Shown here: positions 23,052-30,807 of the stretch, one piece after another
How the letters are laid out: every line of letters starts with the position of its first letter
Position numbering within the stretch: the stretch's first letter is position 1
Source of the DNA: an uncultured bacterium
GTDB taxonomy: Bacteria > Patescibacteriota > Gracilibacteria > UBA1369 > PNNO01
Direction of reading: 5' to 3'
Length of the DNA: 32,000 nt
NCBI GenBank assembly: GCA_963704705.1
Contig: OY969931.1
Location: 1,290,001-1,322,000, forward strand
Position numbers and translations under genes: made by a program
Notes under the pieces: generated by a model
Database searches by the model: none
What the model was told of the DNA's origin: nothing
Seen by the model: the letters and a program-made list of their open reading frames with translations, nothing else

Positions 23052-26000
23052 TTAAACCTCCCAAAGAAAATCCAATCCATCATCCGGATAAAGAGCGTCT
23101 TGTACAAATTCAATAAAGCCTGGTGAAAAGTCTTTGTCTGATTGCTCCGCTAAAAATTGTTTAATTTTAAAGTCTTCTTCAGGATCGTCATCACGGCCTA
23201 TTTCTTTAGCATAAAATTCTTTTAATCTGTCGCTGATTCTTAAAATATTTAATAGAAACATCATTTTTTCATCCAATACTTCGTCCTCAGTTAAATCAAT
23301 TTGTGCGTCATGGTGATGTTTTGCCATAATCAACACATCATTAAATTCACTTGTTCCAAGCATGCCACGTAAAATTTCATACCCAACCTGAACGTGTCTT
23401 TGTTTTTTTACTTTTTCAAATGCAAGCAATTCAGCCTCAGGCTTATCAAAAGAATATGTATCAATGGCGGCCATACCCGCATCATAAAGAGCTGCAATAT
23501 GGTCAGCGTCTTCAATATTTATTGTAAAATGTAATCTGAGATTATAGGAAGCAACAAGTTTTTTATAAAATTTTTCGCGCATTTTTTTATTCTCAATTTT
23601 AATACCGGTTGGCAATAAATCTTCGATAATTACACATGCTCTCGTTAATATTTCTCTTTTCAAAGACACCTTAAACCTGTCATCTTTAACGGATTCAAGT
23701 TTTTTTCTATAATCACAAGCAGCAAACAAATTAAAAATATGGTTGGCAAAACCCGGTAACAACCCCAGAACTTCTTTTGGAATTGGAAGTTCGCTTTGAA
23801 TTCCCAAAACCAGGCTGCTGTTTTCCGGAACTTTGATAACAGTTTTATACATACCATCTCGTGCATAATCATTCTTTACAAATGTGCCTGTCGGAAGATT
23901 GCTGTTATCAGAAAATACGTTAACAGAAACAATATGCGGCACAAATTCTTTGGCTATTTTTTCAAATTCTGCAGTAATAGTTTTTCTGTAGCCCTCAAGA
24001 TTTTCGATTTTATCAGAACTTAAAACCTGACAAAATGCTCTATTCCACTGGCCTTTTCTGAATTCCTTGGCTTCTCTGTCAATTACAGGTAAAACAGTTT
24101 CATTCTTATTTGCGGAATCAGAAATTGCAAAATTGAGAAACTTTAATTTCGCATAAGCTCTTCTAATCTCATTGTGTAAAGTCGTGGATTCATCTCCAAG
24201 ATCCTGAAGCATATTAAATGCGCTGCAAAGATAATCTCTGGCTTTATCAAAAAAAATATACGGCTCTACTTCAACATTAATTTCTCCACCCTCTAAAAGT
24301 TTGTCTTTCATTAATTCAATTTTTTCAATATAAACCCATCCGAGTATTATATTAATTTCAACTATTTGCCTGAAATATGCACCCTTTGGCATTTCTGCAT
24401 AACCTGATAACAATTGTTCAATACGATCCAATTGTCCTGTTGGTGAAGAATCATCCAGAATTTCCAGGATACTTTCATGGGAATCCTTTCTGGTTGTCTC
24501 CCCTGTCTCCTCATCTTCATTGTCTTTCGAATGAAAATATTCATACAAAAGAAGCCTTGCTTCCAGTATTACAAGCCATTTTTTTGACATATGGTTTGTT
24601 GAACCAATATTCTCCGGCATATACATTTTCGCCAATTCCAGATCTTTTCTCATTTGCTGCATAAATTTCTTTTCCCATTCCATATATTTATCATCTTTCC
24701 TTAATTCTCTTCTTTTTGCCTCGGTTTGTTCATATACATTTGTAGGCACAAAGTCTCTAACCAAACTGTTTAAAGCCTCGTCATTCTCATCAGGAATTGT
24801 AAGGACGGGAAAACGATTCACGAGTCCTTCAATTGCATTGGTTGTTTTTTCAGAAAAATCATCGCCAACTCTTGAAATTTCGACTCCTGCCAAATCCGTA
24901 ACATCATATTGAGTATGAGCAACATCTGTATCTTCAGAACCCTGTTTTTTTCTGTTAAAAAACGAAACCGGATTCAATTGCGATAAAACGAGACCTTCAT
25001 TATAACGCATATCCAAAAGGTATTTTCTTGCGATTATTGCTCTTTTTAAATGATTATAAAAAACAACTTTTGTAGGCTCTTTAAGTTTTTCAGATGCATC
25101 TGAAATTTTGTCCAAGCCCGTAAGTGCTCTTTCATAGTTATCAATATTCATCAAAGCTTCCGTTGAATAAACATCCAACAACAATTCCATTGCCTGTGCA
25201 GCAGCATTTTGATTCATCTGATTAACAGCTTCATCGTCACTTTCCTGAACCAATGAAGTTTTAATGTTATCCCATAGCATATCTATATCTTTACTTTGGA
25301 AAGCCCAATTTGAGTCAAAAACCTGATCTCTGACATATAGAGCGTAAGTGGCATCCATAATATCCGCATATATACCAAACCATTTCTTAACATAATCTTT
25401 ATATTTTTTAAGATTATGAGCCTTTAGATATTCATCATCCAATGCTTCAAAATTTTCAATAGTCCGAGCTGACGCTTCTCCAAACATTTCCTTACATTCC
25501 TCACCCTCTTTGATCATCATTGTTGAGAAGCCCAAAAACAACTGAGCAGTCTGAAAATAATTACTCAGATAAAAATAAAACATAGCAAGTTTTTCAAGTT
25601 GCTGCTGCGATAATTCATTTTTATCAACATTTAAAATAATGTCTTCAAATCTTTCGATAGCATATCGAAGCTGATTAATATCGGTTGCAGTAAAATCATC
25701 ATTAAAAACACCTGCTATCCCCCTGAATTTATCGTGGATCCCGGAAATATCAATCATCATCTTTTTTAAATAATCTCCAAATATATGCAAATTTTGCATA
25801 ACTTCCGATGGAGTGGACTGAAGCAGAATATTACAATCAAGAATAGCATAAATAAGTGTTGATTCGTGCCATGTGAGTCGTTCATCAATTTCACCTTTTT
25901 GCTTTGCTTCCTGAATAAAAATAAGTGCCTCTTCAAACAACTGTTTTGCGCCGACATGGTCGTTCGCCTGTCTTAGTTTGTGAGCTTGTATGGAATTGTC

Positions 26001-26078
26001 TCTATACACAGCAAACCATTCCGGTTCTGTAGAATTTGGTTGTTTTTCCAAGGGTTTCAGTTTAAATTGAGGGCTCAT
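23052..26078 (-). CDS. Very large (about 1008-1017 aa) helical protein of unknown function with a degenerate HD-like C-terminal region
   Basis: The track ORF runs to 26105 (TTG start); the first ATG is at 26078 (MSPQFKLKPLEKQ). The C-terminal ~150 aa show ADHIAALYDAGMAAI ... RHVQVGYEILRGM ... MAKHHHDAQID, the same motif order as HD/HD-GYP phosphohydrolases but with YD in place of the first HD. Confidence 0.65.
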   Translation of the reverse strand: MSPQFKLKPLEKQPNSTEPEWFAVYRDNSIQAHKLRQANDHVGAKQLFEEALIFIQEAKQKGEIDERLTWHESTLIYAILDCNILLQSTPSEVMQNLHIFGDYLKKMMIDISGIHDKFRGIAGVFNDDFTATDINQLRYAIERFEDIILNVDKNELSQQQLEKLAMFYFYLSNYFQTAQLFLGFSTMMIKEGEECKEMFGEASARTIENFEALDDEYLKAHNLKKYKDYVKKWFGIYADIMDATYALYVRDQVFDSNWAFQSKDIDMLWDNIKTSLVQESDDEAVNQMNQNAAAQAMELLLDVYSTEALMNIDNYERALTGLDKISDASEKLKEPTKVVFYNHLKRAIIARKYLLDMRYNEGLVLSQLNPVSFFNRKKQGSEDTDVAHTQYDVTDLAGVEISRVGDDFSEKTTNAIEGLVNRFPVLTIPDENDEALNSLVRDFVPTNVYEQTEAKRRELRKDDKYMEWEKKFMQQMRKDLELAKMYMPENIGSTNHMSKKWLVILEARLLLYEYFHSKDNEDEETGETTRKDSHESILEILDDSSPTGQLDRIEQLLSGYAEMPKGAYFRQIVEINIILGWVYIEKIELMKDKLLEGGEINVEVEPYIFFDKARDYLCSAFNMLQDLGDESTTLHNEIRRAYAKLKFLNFAISDSANKNETVLPVIDREAKEFRKGQWNRAFCQVLSSDKIENLEGYRKTITAEFEKIAKEFVPHIVSVNVFSDNSNLPTGTFVKNDYARDGMYKTVIKVPENSSLVLGIQSELPIPKEVLGLLPGFANHIFNLFAACDYRKKLESVKDDRFKVSLKREILTRACVIIEDLLPTGIKIENKKMREKFYKKLVASYNLRLHFTINIEDADHIAALYDAGMAAIDTYSFDKPEAELLAFEKVKKQRHVQVGYEILRGMLGTSEFNDVLIMAKHHHDAQIDLTEDEVLDEKMMFLLNILRISDRLKEFYAKEIGRDDDPEEDFKIKQFLAEQSDKDFSPGFIEFVQDALYPDDGLDFLWEV

Positions 26079-26165
26079 AATACTGAAAAGAAAGGGGGAA
26101 ATCAAGCTTTTATTGACATGTTAAAAGGTTGTTGATAAATTTATAGCCTGTTTTATAGTTTTACC

Positions 26166-27062
26166 ATGGAAAAACATAAACCAAACGAGGCTCTAAAAGA
26201 AAAACCACAACCTGATAATGGTTTACTGGAAGAAGGTTTTTTGTCGCCTGAATTTGTTGATGAAGTAATGGCTGTTCTTCCGCCTCCTCCGCCACTGGAA
26301 AAAAGACCAGATAAAGCAAAGCCTCCGAAAATCCCTGATATTCTTGCAAGACGACCGGTTAAATCAGAAAGTTTTATACTTTTGATGGATCCGAGAAGGC
26401 CGGGTGTTTATATAGATCTTGCAAATGGCAAATATTCCGAACAAAAATTGCATAAAGCGATGTTTGAACATTTACCGCCCGAAGTTCAGGAATTGATTCG
26501 TTTTTTTATTAATTGCCCTCACACAGCTGCTGTTGCGGATGCGGAATGGGAAGCCCCGCCAAAATTTAAATTTAGTTACACTTTGCTTTCCGGTTTTGAT
26601 AATAAAGATTTATTAAATGGAATTTTTGCTAATAAAGCTTTGTATAATAATGGAATTAGATTCAGAGCAGTTTCCTCTGAACTTAAAAATCTTCCTCAAA
26701 CACTTACTAAAGGTTTAAAGGGATTCATGGATATTGCAGTTATTGAAGAGCTTTCAATAAAAATCAAAGAACTTATAGATATTTTGCTTTTTGCTGAAAA
26801 AGGCTCTAGAGAATACGACATAACCCTAAACGAACTTCATTATCTTCCTAAGGGAATGGCTGACAAAATCACGGAATTACTTAAAGAGGTAAAAGAAGTC
26901 GAACTCGACCATGAACGGGAAGAACTCTGCACAATCGAACTCGATTACCCTTATTGCAAGCCAAAACAAGTCCGGAATTACCTTGTTCCCTGGAAAATTC
27001 TCAAAAGACGTAAATATCAAAAGTTGCTTGCTAAAATTCTGGAAGAGCTTGGGGAGATTTAG
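26166..27062 (+). CDS. Hypothetical protein with a Pro-rich N-terminal segment
   Basis: 298-aa ORF with ATG start, divergent from the giant gene. Contains LPPPPPLEKRPDKAKPPKIPD. No family recognised. Confidence 0.55.
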   Translation: MEKHKPNEALKEKPQPDNGLLEEGFLSPEFVDEVMAVLPPPPPLEKRPDKAKPPKIPDILARRPVKSESFILLMDPRRPGVYIDLANGKYSEQKLHKAMFEHLPPEVQELIRFFINCPHTAAVADAEWEAPPKFKFSYTLLSGFDNKDLLNGIFANKALYNNGIRFRAVSSELKNLPQTLTKGLKGFMDIAVIEELSIKIKELIDILLFAEKGSREYDITLNELHYLPKGMADKITELLKEVKEVELDHEREELCTIELDYPYCKPKQVRNYLVPWKILKRRKYQKLLAKILEELGEI

Positions 27063-27065
27063 GAT

Positions 27066-27099
27066 AGTTACTTAGTAAGCCCCCCCTTACTTAGTAACT
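27066..27099 (+). terminator. Hairpin AGTTACTTAGTAAG-CCCCCC-CTTACTTAGTAACT followed by AAAATTTT
   Basis: 14-bp stem with one central mismatch, 4 nt after the stop of the 26166 gene. Each arm contains the near-palindrome TTACTTAGTAA. Confidence 0.45.
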
Positions 27100-27185
27100 A
27101 AAATTTTGTATCGCGGAAACATTTACTAATGCGCACTTTTCGAGTAAAATATTTCCGCATATCCATGCGTGTCTAACAGGAAAAA

Positions 27186-27749
27186 ATGCGTGCAAGCCTC
27201 AAAAAGCAAAAAGGATTCCTACTTGTTGAAGTGCTGATTTCGATAACTGTCCTTTTAATGGTTTCTGCAACCATTATTACGCTTTTGGTTGTGGCTAATC
27301 GGGCGATTAAATTTAACGCGCACAGCCTTGAAGCCAGCTGGCTCACCCAGGAAGGCGTTAATGCATTTAGAGGCCTTCGCGACACGAACTGGATTAGATT
27401 CAGTTATGATAAAGAGCACTGCTGGAGCATGACAACTGACACTTGCGACCCTTCAAACGCTATTACAGCAGACTCAAATTACACTATTGAGACCTCAACT
27501 ATAATGCCTCCGGTACTTGTTAATCAGGGCGCGGCACTCGACTTAACAAATGGAATAGATGAAACAGATGGAAATTACAGAGTTTTTGATTTAGATGGAG
27601 AAGAAACCATTTATTTCAGAACAATCGAAGTGGGCAATGTAACTGCAAACAGAATAGACGCGGTTTGCCGTATAGAATGGCTTGAAGGAAGCGATCCAAA
27701 GTCAATTTCACTTCCGGTAACAATAACCAATTTTGCACTTGAAGAATAA
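27186..27749 (+). CDS. Type IV pilin-like (pseudopilin/minor pilin) protein
   Basis: Prepilin-type N-terminal motif MRASLKKQKG|FLLVEVLISITVLLMV (Gly -1, Phe +1, Glu +5) followed by a hydrophobic helix. Confidence 0.8.
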   Translation: MRASLKKQKGFLLVEVLISITVLLMVSATIITLLVVANRAIKFNAHSLEASWLTQEGVNAFRGLRDTNWIRFSYDKEHCWSMTTDTCDPSNAITADSNYTIETSTIMPPVLVNQGAALDLTNGIDETDGNYRVFDLDGEETIYFRTIEVGNVTANRIDAVCRIEWLEGSDPKSISLPVTITNFALEE

Positions 27750-28266
27750 GGGAGCCGCAGGCTCTAAACAAAAATCACTTGATATATGGCGAAAAGCAAT
27801 CTGGGTTGCGATGGTTTTATTGGTAGTTGTTTTTGTTGTAATGGGGTTTGTTTTTAGGCAGTCAATTAAACAAATCAGCAAAGACCCTTCTTTGACTTCT
27901 CTAACAAATGAGTCGATTTTCAGGATAATCCAAATTGTTAATGTTAATAAAAATCGCGGCGAAGAATGTTGGGACATGATGAATCCTTTGGAACCGTGTG
28001 ATGATACAAATCGGCTTACAAAAGGCAATTATGAACTTAAAGGTACCAGCGAACTTAAATGGCTCGAAGGACCGATTAAAGGCAGATATGAACTTTCAGA
28101 TGATTTTATCCGCGATACCCTTGCAGGATTTATGCTTGGAGACAAGCAATATTATCAAACTATTGAAATTGAATTCCCGCAGCCTGATTTAATGCAGGTT
28201 ATGGTGGTGACTGAAAATAATGACGGGGACACAAGCAGCCAATTAATCAACCTAAATGCGAAATAA
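27733..28266 (+). CDS. Membrane-anchored protein within the pilin cluster (no prepilin motif)
   Basis: 177-aa ORF with a TTG start in the track, so the start is uncertain. Single hydrophobic helix AIWVAMVLLVVVFVVMGFVF. It overlaps both neighbours by a few nt. Confidence 0.5.
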   Translation: MHLKNKGAAGSKQKSLDIWRKAIWVAMVLLVVVFVVMGFVFRQSIKQISKDPSLTSLTNESIFRIIQIVNVNKNRGEECWDMMNPLEPCDDTNRLTKGNYELKGTSELKWLEGPIKGRYELSDDFIRDTLAGFMLGDKQYYQTIEIEFPQPDLMQVMVVTENNDGDTSSQLINLNAK

Positions 28267-29275
28267 AAAGCGACAAAGCGGCTTTACTTTAGTGGAATTG
28301 CTTATTGCAACAAGTATTTTTAGCGTGTTTCTTGTGGCTATTGTAACCCTTACAATTAATATGTACCGCGACTCAAAACGCATTGAACTTGAAGAACAGA
28401 TGTATCAGGATATGCGCGCTCTTATGCGCCAAATTACTGTTATGGTTGAAGGCAACGCAATTGATTATGAAGAGTATTTTAGGGCTGCGAGCGGCGATGC
28501 TGAATTTGCGGGCCTTTCAGGCGTTGGCGGAAATTACGCTTACGGCGATTACGCAAAGCAATTTTATGATTTTGGAAGCGACGGGGCCCCTGGCATTTTA
28601 TGTAATTCCGGTGTTGCTGTTGAGTTGGATCCGACCTGTACTATTGATAGAAGCACTATTGATTTGAATGTAGGGCAAAATCCAATTAATGGTTTGGCTG
28701 AAGATGCCAATGCTTTTTGCGGAGTTTTTGCGGCTTGTCCCGGTGTGATGGACAGCTTGCACGAACAGGATCAGTTATATTTAATTAATGCTTTGGGTAC
28801 GCGAAAGACGATTTTGGCGCTGGAGCCGGTTGAGCGCGACCCTGGAACAGGCCCTGTTGTTGAAAATGCACTTTCTACTTTATGGCTTAATGGAAGCGAT
28901 TCTGACGGTGATGACATAACCGACACGTGGGCGATTGCAGATGAATTTATCGGAAATGGAAATATAGATGACATGGTTGCAGATCTCGGGGCTTCAAAAA
29001 GTGAAAATTTGGTTTATGACGGATTTATTCCAATCAGTCCGCTTCGCACAAATATTACAAGTTTAAAATTTTATATTTCGCCTTTGGAGGATCCTTATAA
29101 AGGATTTGCTGAAACCGATGCGGCAAGCGGGACTTTGGTTCAGCCGCACATTACGGTTGTTATGACTGCGGAACCATCGGTTATGGAGAGGCTTGATTAC
29201 TTTGGACTGCCCCCAACAGAAACTTTACAAACAACTATATATTCTGACGTAAGATTAAATGTACGATCGTATTAG
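28256..29275 (+). CDS. Type IV minor pilin-like protein (PilW-sized)
   Basis: MRNKKRQSG|FTLVELLIATSIFSVFLVAIVTL is a canonical prepilin cleavage/methylation motif. 339 aa. Confidence 0.8.
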   Translation: MRNKKRQSGFTLVELLIATSIFSVFLVAIVTLTINMYRDSKRIELEEQMYQDMRALMRQITVMVEGNAIDYEEYFRAASGDAEFAGLSGVGGNYAYGDYAKQFYDFGSDGAPGILCNSGVAVELDPTCTIDRSTIDLNVGQNPINGLAEDANAFCGVFAACPGVMDSLHEQDQLYLINALGTRKTILALEPVERDPGTGPVVENALSTLWLNGSDSDGDDITDTWAIADEFIGNGNIDDMVADLGASKSENLVYDGFIPISPLRTNITSLKFYISPLEDPYKGFAETDAASGTLVQPHITVVMTAEPSVMERLDYFGLPPTETLQTTIYSDVRLNVRSY

Positions 29276-29311
29276 AGCGAAAGGCGTGAAGCCAATAAAA
29301 AATTAAACAGT

Positions 29312-30574
29312 ATGAAAAAAATTAATATTTTAAATAGAAAGCGAAAAGGGATGAGTATGGTCATCATGCTTATTCTTGTGCCGATTTTACTTGCAATCGG
29401 AATTTCGTATGTTGACCCGATTGTGCGGTCATTCCGCGCGATTGTAAACGATCAAAAAACACTGCTTGCTAAAAGCGTTGCGGATTCAATGTTCGAGATA
29501 GCCTTATGGGAATCACGCGGTGGCGGGACAGGAGGAGTTAGTGAGGGATGTTTGTGCGATGCGGGAAGCTGCACGATTAGCGATCCAAAATGTGCGGATG
29601 GCATAGATTTCGGCTTTGGCACGGCAACAGGCACATGGCGCGTTATCGGCTCACCAGAACTTGATGAAACTCATTTGATAGACGGCGAATACACGGTTCC
29701 GGCACCAGGCAGCGGCGACGCAGGCGGCGATTATTGCTCAACAGCCGACCCTGTGGTTAGTGTTGAAATGCTTGGCGCGGCGCTAACAAACTTGGGAATC
29801 AGCGATACTGTGATGGACGATGTTTTGGATTGGCCATGCCATTGGAACAAAATCAAAGAAGGCCAGGCAGTGGCGATACCGCTGTATACTGAGGAAAACG
29901 GTGTGGTTAGGAATCCGGGATTTAGTGTGGACGATAGCGGCAGCGTGCTTGCGGACGGCGGCTTGGGGTTGAGCGATTTTCAATTGCGGTATAGGAATCC
30001 GTGTAATCCGGCGAATAGTGAGAAGGGGTATGAGATATGTGAGTCAAGATTATTTGATGATAGGTATGTGTTGAAGGAATTTGCTCCGGATGGAGTAAAT
30101 ACTGTCATTTTATTATGGAAAATTATAGGAGAGGGAATCAACAATGGTTCAACAATCGATACCGGATCAGTTGTTTTAGAACCATTTATATTTGGAGTAA
30201 ATATTAATGAAAATATTAAGGTCAATGATATAAATGCATATTTCACAAAAAATCCGATTTATTGGATTACTCCAAACAGATCTGTAAATTTAAATGGTGC
30301 TAATCCGGCTAATTTATCAGCTTATTTAGGCACAATACATAAACCAGTATTAAATTTGTTAGCAATCCACACTTTAAAATCAGATGGCGATAAAACTATT
30401 CCATACCTTGAATATCAATTTAAAGCACCTATAGATTTGGCTACGCAAAGCCCAATTTCGAGTACATCAAAAGTGGTTAGGGTTGAAGTTATGGTTGATG
30501 GTGGATATAGTGAAACTCTTGAACGAACTATTGCCTTGCCTAAGCCTGTTTCCGGATTTGTAATACAGCAATAA
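29312..30574 (+). CDS. PilX-like N-terminal-anchor protein of the pilin cluster
   Basis: MKKINILNRKRKGMSMVIMLILVPILLAIG resembles the PilX N-terminal domain (RKG-M-x-hydrophobic, no Glu +5). 420 aa with the Cys-rich patch GCLCDAGSCTISDPKC. Confidence 0.55.
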   Translation: MKKINILNRKRKGMSMVIMLILVPILLAIGISYVDPIVRSFRAIVNDQKTLLAKSVADSMFEIALWESRGGGTGGVSEGCLCDAGSCTISDPKCADGIDFGFGTATGTWRVIGSPELDETHLIDGEYTVPAPGSGDAGGDYCSTADPVVSVEMLGAALTNLGISDTVMDDVLDWPCHWNKIKEGQAVAIPLYTEENGVVRNPGFSVDDSGSVLADGGLGLSDFQLRYRNPCNPANSEKGYEICESRLFDDRYVLKEFAPDGVNTVILLWKIIGEGINNGSTIDTGSVVLEPFIFGVNINENIKVNDINAYFTKNPIYWITPNRSVNLNGANPANLSAYLGTIHKPVLNLLAIHTLKSDGDKTIPYLEYQFKAPIDLATQSPISSTSKVVRVEVMVDGGYSETLERTIALPKPVSGFVIQQ

Positions 30575-30580
30575 TAATAC

Positions 30581-30609
30581 TTGACAAACTAGGGTAAAAA
30601 TGGTAATAT
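30581..30609 (+). promoter_or_regulatory. Near-consensus sigma70-type promoter with extended -10
   Basis: TTGACA (30581-30586), a 17-nt spacer, then TGgTAATAT (30601-30609). It lies about 200 nt upstream of the high-GC gene starting at 30808. Confidence 0.5.
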
Positions 30610-30807
30610 AATCACCTTTATTTAAATAAATTCAGGCTTTTTTTGTCGACAAGTTATCGGCTTGTAGATAAGGAAAGTTTGAATTGTCAACTGCTCATTG
30701 ACAATCAAATTTCAAAATATCAGCCTCCGTCAAAGGCTGATTAGATATATAAAATCAACAAAAACCAAGATTCATTCCTGAAATATGGAATGGAAAGGAT
30801 AGAGACC

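Noticed and set aside
26113-26141. TTGACA-N17-TAAATT as the promoter of the 26166 gene
   Set aside because: The -10 element is poor and the region is AT-rich, so such matches are expected by chance. It is not reported as a feature.
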